Positions 10,237 to 20,770 of a DNA stretch of 64,000 nucleotides are shown one piece after another (within the stretch, counting starts at the first letter, position 1; each line of letters begins with the position of its first letter). The stretch is from Methanothermococcus sp. Ax23 (GTDB lineage: Archaea; AGJL01; Methanococci; Methanococcales; Methanococcaceae): NCBI RefSeq assembly GCF_049075655.1, contig NZ_CP157522.1:704001-768000 (forward strand). Direction: 5' to 3'. The position numbers were made by a program, and so were the translations under genes. A model generated the notes under the pieces. That model worked only from the letters and a program-made list of their open reading frames with translations, was not told the DNA's origin and ran no database searches.

Positions 10237-10755
10237 TTATTGCACTATGTCATGCTCCCAATACAAAGCATCTAACAATATTGCGACGGGATACCCCATT
10301 GTTTCAGAATATTCAGATGCATGAATTATTATTTTATATGCCTCTTCTGGTGTTTTTGGACAGTAATATGGAATTTCAGCAGTTTCAAGTAAATTTTTAG
10401 TCCATCTACCCATTGGAATTTGAGCAGGTATTTTTTCTTTTAATTCTCCCCTATGGCTTATTATTATCAACATTGGTATTTGATATACCTTACATAGGGA
10501 ACCTATCGCATTAATCGAGTTTCCAAGTCCTGAATTTTGCATCAATATGGCAGTTTTTCTTCCTGCCAAGTGAGCTCCGGCACATATTCCGATGGCTTCT
10601 TCCTCCCTTGTGGCAGGAATGTATGTGATTTTATTACTATCTTTACCATCTTCAATCAAATTTATAACATTTTTCAAATTTGCACATGGAACTCCGACAA
10701 TAAAATCTATTTTAGAGTTTTCAATTGCATTATATACGGCTTTGCTTGCTTTCAT
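10237..10755 (-). CDS. comD: Sulfopyruvate decarboxylase alpha subunit
   Basis: VPCANL, TREEEAIGICAGA, MQNSGLGN, PAQIPMG. Confidence 0.9.
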   Translation of the reverse strand: MKASKAVYNAIENSKIDFIVGVPCANLKNVINLIEDGKDSNKITYIPATREEEAIGICAGAHLAGRKTAILMQNSGLGNSINAIGSLCKVYQIPMLIIISHRGELKEKIPAQIPMGRWTKNLLETAEIPYYCPKTPEEAYKIIIHASEYSETMGYPVAILLDALYWEHDIVQ

Positions 10756-10936
10756 GGTTTGCCTCTTTTAACCATAATATATTTTTCAACTGATTTATAA
10801 ACTTATATTGAATGAAATTTTTTAAAGTATAATTATTAAAAAATATTAATTGGGATAATGTATAATATAATTTTTAAGTATTTTGAAAAAAGTTTTTAAA
10901 GTTTTAATTATAAATAACATAAAATAATTTAATTAG

Positions 10937-11170
10937 TTAAGATTTATAAATTATTGTATTATTTATCTTATTTGATGCATTTTTTGTTAAGTTATTCAAT
11001 GTATTAATCGTTTTATTTGCATTTTCGCCCGAAACATCCATCTGCGTTCCTTTAAAATTAGATATATAATAATAGGATGCAATGGTTGCAACAGCAATTC
11101 CAGAAAAAATTAAAATACCAATTTCCATTGAAACTTGCCCTTTTTTAGAAAAAAGCCTTTTAATTAACAT
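10937..11170 (-). CDS. Type IV pilin-like protein with class III signal peptide
   Basis: SKKG|QVSMEIGIL with Q+1/E+5 then hydrophobic helix; N-X-S/T sequons. Confidence 0.85.
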   Translation of the reverse strand: MLIKRLFSKKGQVSMEIGILIFSGIAVATIASYYYISNFKGTQMDVSGENANKTINTLNNLTKNASNKINNTIIYKS

Positions 11171-11214
11171 AAAAAACACCAAAATAAAAAATAATCTAAA
11201 AATACAAAAATATT

Positions 11215-11442
11215 TTAATCTAATTTGGTATTATTAATTAATTCACTTGCCTGAACCGTTTTATTACCTAATTTGCTTGTTGCATCGCTAGCAGCAACTT
11301 CAGCACCTTTTGCACTAGATTTAACATTCTTTACATAGTAGTATGCCGCAATAGCAGCAACGGCAACAGCAGCAGCAACTAAAATACCAATTTCCATTGA
11401 CACCTGCCCTTTTTTAGAGGTTAATTTTTTTAACAATTTCAT
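11215..11442 (-). CDS. Type IV pilin (major-pilin-like) with class III signal peptide
   Basis: SKKG|QVSMEIGILVAAAVAVAAIAAYYY; GGTG RBS. Confidence 0.88.
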   Translation of the reverse strand: MKLLKKLTSKKGQVSMEIGILVAAAVAVAAIAAYYYVKNVKSSAKGAEVAASDATSKLGNKTVQASELINNTKLD

Positions 11443-11581
11443 GGCACCACCTATAATTTATTTATGATTAAATATAATTGCCTGTTTATATTTAAAACTT
11501 ATGGTTTAACTGCCCAAAACAAAACTTTAAAAAAATAAACTAAATCTCCTAAATATCTCTTTAAAAATAGTCAAAAATAAG

Positions 11582-11696
11582 TGGGGATACTGGGATTTGA
11601 ACCCAGGTCCAGGGATTTCTCCTGCATCGGGATTTAGTCCAGGTCCATATAGGCACTTGGAGTCCCCGATGATAGGCCAGACTACACCATATCCCC
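11582..11696 (-). tRNA. tRNA-Trp(CCA) with ~40-nt intron at 37/38
   Basis: Acceptor GGGGATA/TATCCCC, anticodon arm GGGGA-CTCCAA[intron]A-TCCCT, T-loop GTTCAAATC. Confidence 0.93.
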
Positions 11697-11745
11697 AAAA
11701 TATAAATATGATTATATTAATACGATAAATATACAAATTAGAAAG

Positions 11746-11764
11746 TGATATATATACTTTTCGG
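11746..11764 (-). promoter_or_regulatory. BRE-TATA promoter of tRNA-Trp
   Basis: minus-strand CCGAAAAGTATATATA, same motif as the tRNA-Phe promoter. Confidence 0.6.
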
Positions 11765-11774
11765 AATTGATATC

Positions 11775-12437
11775 ATGCATCTGATAAAAGTAGGTGGAAG
11801 TTTAACATATTTTGCAAGACACCTTTTAAGTGAATTAAAAATTTTTTGTAGTGATGGTAGCGACAATGGTGGAGAAAATAAAATAATTGTAGTTCCTGGC
11901 GGTGGAGCATTTGCCAATGTTGTTAGGGATTTAAATGAAAAAGGTGGTTTAAACAACAGGAGCTCCCATAAACTTGCCACCATGTCCATGGACTTGACAG
12001 GTATTTATTTCTCCGAAATTTCAGGTATAAAAACAGCAGATAATCTATATGATGCAAAAAAACTATTGGAAGAAGAAAATATTGTTATATTACTTCCTTC
12101 AAAAATTGTATTATCAACTGATGAGCTCCCACATTCATGGGACATTACATCAGACTCAATAGCGGCTTATATTGCTAGACTTTTGAATCTAAATAACATT
12201 ATAATAGCTACTGATGTAGATGGTATATATGATAACTATCCAGAAGGAAAACTATTAAATACTATAAATGCAAAATCCATTAAAGGTTTCACATCGGTTG
12301 ATAGTTATTTACCAAAATTATTATTAAAACACAATATCGAATGTTTCGTGGTCAATGGAAAACATCCAGGTAGAATAATAAATATTTTAAAAAACAATAA
12401 TGATATATATACCAAAATTACAATTGATAAAAAATAA
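11775..12437 (+). CDS. mfnE: Amino-acid-kinase-family protein, methanofuran pathway kinase
   Basis: [39 protein letters not shown] motifs. Confidence 0.8.
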   Translation: MHLIKVGGSLTYFARHLLSELKIFCSDGSDNGGENKIIVVPGGGAFANVVRDLNEKGGLNNRSSHKLATMSMDLTGIYFSEISGIKTADNLYDAKKLLEEENIVILLPSKIVLSTDELPHSWDITSDSIAAYIARLLNLNNIIIATDVDGIYDNYPEGKLLNTINAKSIKGFTSVDSYLPKLLLKHNIECFVVNGKHPGRIINILKNNNDIYTKITIDKK

Positions 12438-12472
12438 TCGGAACAATAACCTATAAAAACAATGGTGATAAT

Positions 12473-12637
12473 ATGAAATACAAATGCACATCATGTAATG
12501 CAGAGATAGCTCCAAGAGAGCATGCTACAAAATTCTTATGTCCAAACTGCGGAGATGCAGAGATAGTAAGATGTGAAAAATGCAGAAAATTGAGTAACCC
12601 TTACAAATGTCCAGTTTGTGGATATGAGGGACCATAA
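12473..12637 (+). CDS. Small double zinc-ribbon protein (DUF1610/HVO_2753 family), missing from ORF track
   Basis: MKYKCTSC...FLCPNCG...RCEKCRK...[11 protein letters not shown], 54 aa, GGTGA RBS, upstream of EF-1beta. Confidence 0.9.
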   Translation: MKYKCTSCNAEIAPREHATKFLCPNCGDAEIVRCEKCRKLSNPYKCPVCGYEGP

Positions 12638-12695
12638 TTTTATTCATTATTTTATTTATTATTGATATTATTAAAAGAAATGAAAGGTGTGATAT

Positions 12696-12965
12696 ATGGC
12701 AACAGTTATAGCAAAATTAAAGGTAATGCCTGTAAGTCCAGAAGTGGATAAAGAAAGTTTAAAAGAAAAAGTAAAAGAAACCGTAGAAAAAATGGATACA
12801 ATATGTAGAAATGTATCTGATGAACCATTAGCATTTGGTTTGTATGCAATATATGTTCTTGTAGAGATGGAGGAAAGGGAAGGTGGAACAGAGCCTGTTG
12901 AAAACGCACTGGCTGAATTGGAAGAGGTAGAAAGCGTAGATGCCGTAGAGGTTTCACTAGTTTAA
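12696..12965 (+). CDS. ef1b: Translation elongation factor 1-beta
   Basis: KVMPVSPEVD, EPLAFGL motifs. Confidence 0.93.
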   Translation: MATVIAKLKVMPVSPEVDKESLKEKVKETVEKMDTICRNVSDEPLAFGLYAIYVLVEMEEREGGTEPVENALAELEEVESVDAVEVSLV

Positions 12966-12999
12966 TTTAGCTAATTTTTATTCTTTTATTAATTATTTT

Positions 13000-13266
13000 A
13001 TGATGATTAGATGGTATATCCATAATATACATTATGATAGCATGATAAACTATATAAACAAGTTTAAGCAAATGAAAGAAGTTGTCAAATGTATTGAAGA
13101 TAGTGGATACTCTATTTATATTCATCATAAAGATAAACCTATTTTAGAAGTCGGGACTAAAAAATCCAATTATATGGTAAAAAACACAGTTGGTGATGTG
13201 AAAATTCATTATATAAACACCACCAAATTAATAGCAAAATTAGGTATTGAGTTGTTGAGGTCGTAA
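13000..13266 (+). CDS. Hypothetical small protein (start uncertain)
   Basis: Open frame filling the EF-1beta to rpl22 gap; no recognised motif. Confidence 0.4.
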   Translation: MMIRWYIHNIHYDSMINYINKFKQMKEVVKCIEDSGYSIYIHHKDKPILEVGTKKSNYMVKNTVGDVKIHYINTTKLIAKLGIELLRS

Positions 13267-13358
13267 TTATAAATGTTTTAAAAATCGAAGCAAAGCTTCG
13301 GTTTATAACTCGTTAGAATTTTATCAAACCAAAGAAAAAGAAAAAAGGTGAATAAAGG

Positions 13359-13820
13359 ATGAGCAAATTAGGTTATAAGGTAGAAGCAGACCCAAGCAAG
13401 ACCGCAAGAGCTATGGGAAGGGCTTTAAGAATTTCAAGAAAGCATGCAATTGAAATTTGCAGAGAAATAAATGGTATGAAGCTTGATGATGCTATTGCAT
13501 ACTTGAATAGAGTAATTGAGTTAAAACAGGTAGTTCCGTTCAAAAGACATGGAAAAGATGTTCCGCACAAAAAGGGAAAATACGGCTGGACAGCAGGAAG
13601 ATTCCCACAAAAAGCATCAAAAGAAATATTAAAAGTTCTCGACAATGCAAAGAAAAATGCAGAATACAAAGGATTAAACACAGAAAAATTGAGAATAAAA
13701 CACATCTCTTCAAACAAAGGATTTACAATAAAGAGATACATGCCAAGGGCATTTGGTAGGGCATCACCTAAGTTCCAAGAAACAGTTCATATTCAGGTAA
13801 TATTGGAAGAGTTCCATTAA
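13359..13820 (+). CDS. rpl22: 50S ribosomal protein uL22
   Basis: GRFPQKA, MPRAFGRASP. Confidence 0.97.
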   Translation: MSKLGYKVEADPSKTARAMGRALRISRKHAIEICREINGMKLDDAIAYLNRVIELKQVVPFKRHGKDVPHKKGKYGWTAGRFPQKASKEILKVLDNAKKNAEYKGLNTEKLRIKHISSNKGFTIKRYMPRAFGRASPKFQETVHIQVILEEFH

Positions 13821-13856
13821 AAAATAAAAAATAAAAAAGTATATTAGGTGAAAATA

Positions 13857-14489
13857 ATGATTGAAAGAGCATTTGTAAAAGAAAATGTTGTAGAAACATT
13901 AGTTGATGAATATCTTAAAAGCAAGTTGCCAAGAGCAGGATACAGCCACATGGATATAAAAAAGACACCAGTAGGAACAAGAATAACAATATTCGCTGAA
14001 AAACCAGGGTTTGTGATTGGAAGAAAAGGTAGAATGGTAAAAGAATTAACCGAAACCATTGCAAAAGAATATGGTGTAGAAAACCCACAAATTGAAGTTA
14101 AACAAATCGAAAACCCTGATTTAGACCCAGAAGTTGTAGCTCAGAAGATAGCATCATCCCTTGAAAGAGGAATGCATTTCAGAAGAGTTGCTCACTCAGC
14201 AGTTAGAAGAGTTATGGGAGCTGGTGCAAAAGGTGTTGTTGTAATTATCTCAGGAAAATTAACAGGGGAAAGGTCAAGAACAGAAAAATTCATGGACGGA
14301 TATATGAAACACTGTGGAGAACCATCAGAAGTTCTTGTTAAAAAGGCACACAAACTTGCAAAATTAAAACTTGGAATAATCGGAGTTACTGTAAAAATCA
14401 TGCCACCAGAAATTGTATTGCCAGATGAAATTGTTATAAGGGAAAGTGCTGGGGAAGTTAAAGAAGTAAGTGAAGTGTCAGAAGAATAA
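13857..14489 (+). CDS. rps3: 30S ribosomal protein uS3
   Basis: KH domain PGFVIGRKG; ISGKLTGER. Confidence 0.97.
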   Translation: MIERAFVKENVVETLVDEYLKSKLPRAGYSHMDIKKTPVGTRITIFAEKPGFVIGRKGRMVKELTETIAKEYGVENPQIEVKQIENPDLDPEVVAQKIASSLERGMHFRRVAHSAVRRVMGAGAKGVVVIISGKLTGERSRTEKFMDGYMKHCGEPSEVLVKKAHKLAKLKLGIIGVTVKIMPPEIVLPDEIVIRESAGEVKEVSEVSEE

Positions 14490-14587
14490 ACGTGATTAGA
14501 TTTACAAATCTAGAATGTAAGGTGATAAACTCTTTTTATCACCTTTAATAAATGAAAAAATTATTGATCCAGTGAAGGGTGATAAAA

Positions 14588-14800
14588 ATGGCTATATTAA
14601 AAGCTAGCGAGATAAGAGAAATGACTATTTCTGAAATGAATGAGAAATTAGCTGAATTAAAAAAAGAACTCATGAAAGAAAATGCAAACAAAGCCACAGG
14701 GGGCTCTCCATCAAATCCAGGTAGAATCAAAGAGATAAAGAGAACAATTGCAAGAATATATACAATAATGAACGAAAAGAAAGGAGAAGCTGAGGCATAA
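14588..14800 (+). CDS. rpl29: 50S ribosomal protein uL29
   Basis: [17 protein letters not shown]. Confidence 0.95.
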   Translation: MAILKASEIREMTISEMNEKLAELKKELMKENANKATGGSPSNPGRIKEIKRTIARIYTIMNEKKGEAEA

Positions 14801-14941
14801 TTAATTAAAGTAATTACAAAATAAATATATTAACAATTTAACAAAAATTATAAATATGGTCGCCTAACAAATTATCATTGAGATTTAATTGACCATATTC
14901 TTAAAAGAATAAGATTAATATTTAAACCAAGAGGTGCAGTA

Positions 14942-15250
14942 ATGCCTGAAATTTGTCCAAGATGTGGGCTACCAAAAGAATTGTGTGTATGTGAAGAAAT
15001 TGCAAAGGAAGAACAAAAAATAAAAATATATGTTGCAAAAAGAAGGTTTGGAAAATTAATGACCGTAATCGAGGGCTTTGATGTAGATTTGATTGATGTT
15101 AAAGACCTTGCAAAGAAATTAAAGGATATATGTGCCTGTGGGGGAACTGTGAAAAAAGATTCCATTGAATTACAAGGGGACCACAGGAGAAAAGTGGAAG
15201 AAGCTCTGATAAAGATGGGATTCTCAAAGGACACTATCGATGTTAGGTAA
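14942..15250 (+). CDS. sui1: Translation initiation factor SUI1/aIF1
   Basis: [23 protein letters not shown]. Confidence 0.95.
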   Translation: MPEICPRCGLPKELCVCEEIAKEEQKIKIYVAKRRFGKLMTVIEGFDVDLIDVKDLAKKLKDICACGGTVKKDSIELQGDHRRKVEEALIKMGFSKDTIDVR

Positions 15251-15435
15251 GGATGAGCTCCGCGGTTTGATGATAATATTTATATATGATATAATCATTA
15301 TATCATTGAAGTGATGCAATTATATAATTATATTTTATTATGCTCTAATGCGTATTATAAAAATTAATAATAAATCAAGGAATAAGGATGCCTGTTGGCA
15401 CACCCTTATGTCCTTATGGGTCGGGGGACACCCAA

Positions 15436-15726
15436 ATGATAACTCCACAAAACATATTGAGACATGAATTAATTGGATTAAATGTTGAGATTGTAAAATC
15501 TTCAAATCTATCCCTGGTTGGAATAAAAGGCAAAGTTGTTGATGAATCAAGAAATACCTTTGTCATTGAAAGATTTGACAATGGTAAAGAGATAAGAATT
15601 CCAAAGGATGTTGCAGTATTTAGATTTGAATTAAATGACAAATCTGTTGATGTTATAGGAAGCCTTTTAATCGGAAGACCAGAGGATAGATTGAAGAGAA
15701 AAATAAAAACCATTTATCCATACTGA
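15436..15726 (+). CDS. rnp1: Ribonuclease P protein component 1 (Rpp29)
   Basis: NILRHELIGL, GKVVDE, GRPEDRLK; start may be 15388. Confidence 0.93.
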   Translation: MITPQNILRHELIGLNVEIVKSSNLSLVGIKGKVVDESRNTFVIERFDNGKEIRIPKDVAVFRFELNDKSVDVIGSLLIGRPEDRLKRKIKTIYPY

Positions 15727-15904
15727 TTCATTATCTATTTTAAAGTCCCCAAAGTGAATTAATGGCATATAATTAATATTATTTAGAGATTATATGCCAT
15801 ATTGCTATTATCAAAAAGTATTATATACTTGTAATTAGTATTTACTCTGGAATCTTTAATGTGGTATCCATGCCACTTAAAGTAAATATTTAGGAGGTAT
15901 TATT

Positions 15905-16234
15905 ATGAGAAATATAGGAATTGATGTGAAATCTCCTGAAAACACATGTAATGATAATGACTGTCCATTCCATGGCAATTTGCCAGTAAGAGGACAGATA
16001 TTTGAAGGTATTGTGGTAAGTGACAAAGGACACAATACCGTTGTAATTAAAAGGGAGATTGTAAGATATATACCAAAATATGAAAGATACGAGAAGAGAA
16101 CAACAACAATGGTTGCTCACAATCCATCATGCATAGATGCAAAAGTTGGAGACAAAGTAAAAATTGCAGAGTGCAGACCTGTAAGTAAAACTAAGTCATT
16201 TGTAGTTATTGAAAAAACAGAACTTACAGAATAA
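15905..16234 (+). CDS. rps17: 30S ribosomal protein uS17
   Basis: [22 protein letters not shown]. Confidence 0.97.
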   Translation: MRNIGIDVKSPENTCNDNDCPFHGNLPVRGQIFEGIVVSDKGHNTVVIKREIVRYIPKYERYEKRTTTMVAHNPSCIDAKVGDKVKIAECRPVSKTKSFVVIEKTELTE

Positions 16235-16243
16235 GGTGATTTC

Positions 16244-16642
16244 ATGAAGGGATTTGGTTCAAAAGTAATAAGAGCTCTGCCAAATGGAGCTAGATTGGTT
16301 TGTGCTGATAACACCGGGGCAAAAGAACTTGAAGTAATTGCAGTTAAAAACTACAAGGGTGTTGCTAGAAGACTGCCTGCTGGTGGAGTAGGAAGCATGG
16401 TCTTTGTTTCTGTTAAGAAAGGAACTCCTGAAATGAGAAAACAAGTATTGCCTGCTATCATCATAAGACAGAAAAAAGAATACAGAAGACCTGATGGTTC
16501 AAGAGTTAAATTTGAAGATAACGCTGCGGTAATTGTAACCCCAGACGGAAACCCAAAAGGTTCAGAAATCAAAGGACCTGTTGCAAAAGAAGCAGCTGAA
16601 AGATGGCCTGGTGTATCAAGACTGGCTAAGATAATTCACTAA
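16244..16642 (+). CDS. rpl14: 50S ribosomal protein uL14
   Basis: [17 protein letters not shown]. Confidence 0.97.
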   Translation: MKGFGSKVIRALPNGARLVCADNTGAKELEVIAVKNYKGVARRLPAGGVGSMVFVSVKKGTPEMRKQVLPAIIIRQKKEYRRPDGSRVKFEDNAAVIVTPDGNPKGSEIKGPVAKEAAERWPGVSRLAKIIH

Positions 16643-16681
16643 TGTACGAATATTAATATTATAAAATAAAAGGTGAATAAA

Positions 16682-17044
16682 ATGGTTTTGACAAACTCAA
16701 AACAGCCAAGGAAACAAAGAAAAGCACTTTACAACGCTCCGCTCCATTTGAGAAATAGATTGATGTCTGCAATGCTCTCAAAGGAGTTAAAGGAAAAATA
16801 CAATAAAAATGCACTTCCTGTTAAAAAAGGAGATGTTGTGAAGATATTAAGAGGAAACTTCAAAAATATAGAAGGCGAAGTATCAAAAGTTGATTACAAA
16901 TCCTACAAAATCTATGTAGAAGGGGCAGTAAATAGAAAACAGGATGGAAAAGAATCTCCATATCCAATTCATCCGTCAAATGTCATGATTGTTAAATTGG
17001 ACGACTCAGACGAAAGGAGATTTAAATTTTTAAAAAATGAATAA
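16682..17044 (+). CDS. rpl24: 50S ribosomal protein uL24
   Basis: [21 protein letters not shown]. Confidence 0.97.
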   Translation: MVLTNSKQPRKQRKALYNAPLHLRNRLMSAMLSKELKEKYNKNALPVKKGDVVKILRGNFKNIEGEVSKVDYKSYKIYVEGAVNRKQDGKESPYPIHPSNVMIVKLDDSDERRFKFLKNE

Positions 17045-17057
17045 CTGAGGTGCGAAT

Positions 17058-17804
17058 ATGGCAAGTAAGGGACCTAAAAGACATCTAAAAAGATTACCCG
17101 CTCCAACAAATTGGCAACTTCCAAGAAAAGTTAAAAAATTTACCACAAGACCTTTGCCAGGGCCACATTCAATGGACAACTCATTGCCATTATTGTTGAT
17201 TGTTAGGGATGTTTTAGGCTATGCAGATAATGCAAGAGAAGCTAAAAAAATCATTAAAATGGGTAAAATATTAGTTGATGGCGTAAAAAGAAAAGAACAC
17301 AGATATCCAGCAGGTTTAATGGATGTAATTTCCATACCTGATACAAATGAGAACTTTTTAGTATTGCTTGATGAAAAAGGCAGAATTACATTGAAGAAAA
17401 CAGATAAAAATGATGTAAAATTATGCAAAATTAAAAACAAAACCGTAATTAAAGGCGGACACATCCAGTTAAACCTTCATGATGGTAGAAACCAGATTGT
17501 GAAAGTTTCAGATGCTACAAAGGCAGAAGAGGATGTTTATAAAACTGGAGACTGCGTTCTCATCTCAATCCCTGAACAAGAAATAGTAGGTCATGTTCAG
17601 TTCGGTGAAGGAAAATTGGCATATATTACAGGTGGAAAACACGCAGGAGATTTTGCAAAAATAATTGAGATAGAAAAGAGAAAGTTATATCCTGACATTA
17701 TTACCCTTGAAACAAAAGATGGAGAACAGTTTAAAACTATTAAAGACTACGTATTTGTAGTCGGCGATGAAGAGCCTGTTTTATCATCATTAAAGACACA
17801 ATAA
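17058..17804 (+). CDS. rps4e: 30S ribosomal protein eS4
   Basis: GPKRHLKRL, QLNLHDGRN. Confidence 0.97.
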   Translation: MASKGPKRHLKRLPAPTNWQLPRKVKKFTTRPLPGPHSMDNSLPLLLIVRDVLGYADNAREAKKIIKMGKILVDGVKRKEHRYPAGLMDVISIPDTNENFLVLLDEKGRITLKKTDKNDVKLCKIKNKTVIKGGHIQLNLHDGRNQIVKVSDATKAEEDVYKTGDCVLISIPEQEIVGHVQFGEGKLAYITGGKHAGDFAKIIEIEKRKLYPDIITLETKDGEQFKTIKDYVFVVGDEEPVLSSLKTQ

Positions 17805-17871
17805 AGAGTAAATCATCACTTAAAGATGAGAATATAATTATAAAATTTGAATAAATAAACATGGTGGAAAA

Positions 17872-18417
17872 ATGACATTCCAAGAAACATGGGAAAAACA
17901 GCCTATGAGAAAACCTAGGATAGAAAAGGTTACCATCAACATGGGTGTAGGCGAAAGTGGAGATAGGTTGCTCACTGGTGCAAAAGTTATAGAAGAAATC
18001 ACTGGTCAAAAGCCTGTAAGAACACTGGCTAAACAAACTAACCCTGCATTTGGTATCAGAAAAAAGCTCCCAATTGGATTAAAAGTCACATTGAGAGGGA
18101 AAAAAGCAGAAGAATTCTTAAAAAATGCATTCATAGCATTTAAAGCATCAGGAAAAACATTATACTCCTATTCGTTCGATAAAAGAGGAAACTTCTCCTT
18201 TGGTATTCCAGAACATATCGACTTCCCTGGTCAAAAATATGAGCCAGATGTCGGAATCTATGGAATGGATGTATGTGTAACCTTTGAAAAACCAGGATAT
18301 AGAGTTAAAAGAAGAAAGGCAAAAAAGAATAACCTTCCAGAAAGACACCAAGTTAAAAAAGATGAAGCTATTGAATACATAAAATTGAATTTCGGCGTTG
18401 ATGTAGTAGAAGAGTAA
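17872..18417 (+). CDS. rpl5: 50S ribosomal protein uL5
   Basis: KVTINMGVGE, GNFSFGIPEHI. Confidence 0.97.
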   Translation: MTFQETWEKQPMRKPRIEKVTINMGVGESGDRLLTGAKVIEEITGQKPVRTLAKQTNPAFGIRKKLPIGLKVTLRGKKAEEFLKNAFIAFKASGKTLYSYSFDKRGNFSFGIPEHIDFPGQKYEPDVGIYGMDVCVTFEKPGYRVKRRKAKKNNLPERHQVKKDEAIEYIKLNFGVDVVEE

Positions 18418-18584
18418 TAATAGTGATTAAATAAAGAAATTTAAAGATTTTTCACTATGTCATAAAATCGAAGATTTGGAAATTAAAACTCGAAGAGTTT
18501 TTAATTGGAAAGAAAGCGTATGAAAAAATACGCGAAATCAAAGATTTCGAATTCTTTTCACTAAAAAAAAGAGAGAGTGAAAAA

Positions 18585-18746
18585 ATGGCAAAAGCACCAT
18601 TTAAGAAAAAATATGGATATGGTTCCAAAGTATGCAAAAGATGCGGAAGAAAAGGACCTGGAATTATTAGAAAATACGGTTTAAATTTATGCAGACAGTG
18701 TTTTAGAGAATTAGCACCAAAATTAGGATTTAAAAAGTATGATTAA
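18585..18746 (+). CDS. rps14: 30S ribosomal protein uS14 (Zn-binding), missing from ORF track
   Basis: 53 aa; CKRCG...[15 protein letters not shown]. Confidence 0.96.
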   Translation: MAKAPFKKKYGYGSKVCKRCGRKGPGIIRKYGLNLCRQCFRELAPKLGFKKYD

Positions 18747-18771
18747 GGATAAGGATTAAGGAGGTATCAAC

Positions 18772-19164
18772 ATGAGTCTAATGGACCCACTTGCGAATGC
18801 ATTGAACCATCTATCCAACTGTGAAAGAGTGGGAAAGAATGTGGCATACATAAAGCCCGCCTCAAAACTCATAGGAAGAGTATTGAAAGTTATGCAGGAC
18901 AAAGGATACATAGGAAACTTTGAATACATAGAAGATGGTAAGGCAGGAATTTATAAGGTAGAATTAACAGGGCATATAAACAAATGTGGAGCAGTTAAGC
19001 CAAGATATGCTGTTAAAAAGAATGAATTTGAGAAATTTGAAAAGAGATATTTACCTGCAAAAGGTTTCGGATTGTTAATTGTGAGTACACCAAAAGGATT
19101 AATGACTCATAATGAAGCAAAGGAGCAGGGATTAGGTGGAAGATTAATTTCATACATATACTAA
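18772..19164 (+). CDS. rps8: 30S ribosomal protein uS8
   Basis: [17 protein letters not shown]. Confidence 0.97.
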   Translation: MSLMDPLANALNHLSNCERVGKNVAYIKPASKLIGRVLKVMQDKGYIGNFEYIEDGKAGIYKVELTGHINKCGAVKPRYAVKKNEFEKFEKRYLPAKGFGLLIVSTPKGLMTHNEAKEQGLGGRLISYIY

Positions 19165-19204
19165 TTTAAATTATATTAAACACGAATTAAATGGAGGTAT
19201 GGTT

Positions 19205-19756
19205 ATGCCAGTTGCCGCTGTAATGAGGGAAGAGATTGAAATACCTGATAACGTTTCTGTTGAGATAAATGGCAACGAAGTTGTTGTCAAATCCGGTGGA
19301 AAAGAACTTAAAAGAACACTCTCTTTCCCAAATGTAAGCATTAAAAAAGAAGATGATAAAACAGTAGTTATTGAAAGTTTATATCCAAGAAAAAAACAGG
19401 CAGCAATTATTGGAACATTTGCATCCCATATCAACAACATGATAAAGGGAGTAACAGAAGGATTTGAATATAAGTTAAAAATAAGATATGCTCACTTCCC
19501 TATGAAAATTAGTGTTAAAGGTAATGAAGTAATCATAGACAACTTCTTAGGGGAAAAATACCCTAGAAAAGCAAAAATCATGGAAGGAGTTAATGTCAAA
19601 GTGAGCGGTGAAGATATTATAGTTAGCGGGATTGATAAGGAAAAAACAGGACAAACCGCCGCAAACATTGAACAGGCAACAAGAGTTAAGGGAAGAGATA
19701 CCAGAGTATTCCAGGATGGTATCTATATTGTAGAAAAAGCAGGGAAAGTGTTATAA
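19205..19756 (+). CDS. rpl6: 50S ribosomal protein uL6
   Basis: [19 protein letters not shown]. Confidence 0.97.
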   Translation: MPVAAVMREEIEIPDNVSVEINGNEVVVKSGGKELKRTLSFPNVSIKKEDDKTVVIESLYPRKKQAAIIGTFASHINNMIKGVTEGFEYKLKIRYAHFPMKISVKGNEVIIDNFLGEKYPRKAKIMEGVNVKVSGEDIIVSGIDKEKTGQTAANIEQATRVKGRDTRVFQDGIYIVEKAGKVL

Positions 19757-19765
19757 GGTGGTTTC

Positions 19766-20200
19766 ATGAGTAAAAAAAGGTTATTGAGATTAAAACTCAA
19801 AATGAAACAAAAGAAACCTGACTTCAAAAGACAGGATTGGTTCAAATGTAAAAGAATAGGCACAAGCTGGAGAAGACCAAAAGGATTGCACAGTGGAATG
19901 AGAAAACAGTTGAAACACAGACCAGCTATTGTCAAAATAGGATACAGAGCTCCGACTCTTGTAAGGGGATTGCACCCATCAGGTTTAGAGGATGTGCTCA
20001 TCCACAATGTAAAAGAATTAGAGGCATTAAATCCTGAAACACAGGGGGCAAGAGTAGCTTCAACTGTTGGTAAAAGGAAAAGAGTAGAAATTGTAAAAAG
20101 AGCCAATGAATTAGGCATTAGGTTATTAAATATTTCCAAAGAAAAACAAGAAGAACTCTTGAATATTACTAAGGAAGTTTCAAAAGTGGAAACAGAATAA
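19766..20200 (+). CDS. rpl32e: 50S ribosomal protein eL32
   Basis: WRRPKG, RGLHPSG. Confidence 0.96.
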   Translation: MSKKRLLRLKLKMKQKKPDFKRQDWFKCKRIGTSWRRPKGLHSGMRKQLKHRPAIVKIGYRAPTLVRGLHPSGLEDVLIHNVKELEALNPETQGARVASTVGKRKRVEIVKRANELGIRLLNISKEKQEELLNITKEVSKVETE

Positions 20201-20234
20201 AATAATTAATTTTATCTATGTTTAAGGTGATATA

Positions 20235-20684
20235 ATGGATATATCAACCCAGAGGAGAATTGCCGCAGATGTGCTGGACTGTGGTATTGATAGAGTATGG
20301 ATTGACCCTGAAAATTTGGATAAGGTCAAAATGGCTATTACCAAAGATGATATCAGGATGTTAATCAAAGATGGAATTATCGTAAAAAAACAGAAAAAAG
20401 GAATAAGCAAAGCTAGAACACAAAAATTAAAAGAACAGAAAAGAAAAGGTAAAAGAAAAGGTCCTGGTTCAAGAAGAGGGGCAAAAGGTGCTAGAACACC
20501 TAAGAAAAGGAAATGGATAAACACCATAAGACCTTTGAGAAGAATGTTGAAGGAGCTCAGAGAAGAGGAAGTTATAGAAAGGTCAGCATACAGAAAATTA
20601 TACAGAATGGCAAAAGGTGGAGCATTCAGAAGTAAGAACCACATGAAAATGTACATGAAAGACCATGGACTTCTTGCTGAATAA
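20235..20684 (+). CDS. rpl19e: 50S ribosomal protein eL19
   Basis: QRRIAA, GPGSRRG, YRMAKGG. Confidence 0.97.
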   Translation: MDISTQRRIAADVLDCGIDRVWIDPENLDKVKMAITKDDIRMLIKDGIIVKKQKKGISKARTQKLKEQKRKGKRKGPGSRRGAKGARTPKKRKWINTIRPLRRMLKELREEEVIERSAYRKLYRMAKGGAFRSKNHMKMYMKDHGLLAE

Positions 20685-20770
20685 ATTAAAGTCTTTTTAG
20701 ATTTTGGTGCTGGAAACTTCGCTTTGCTCTCAAATTCCATTTCACTTAAAATATATAAGGAGGTATAAGC

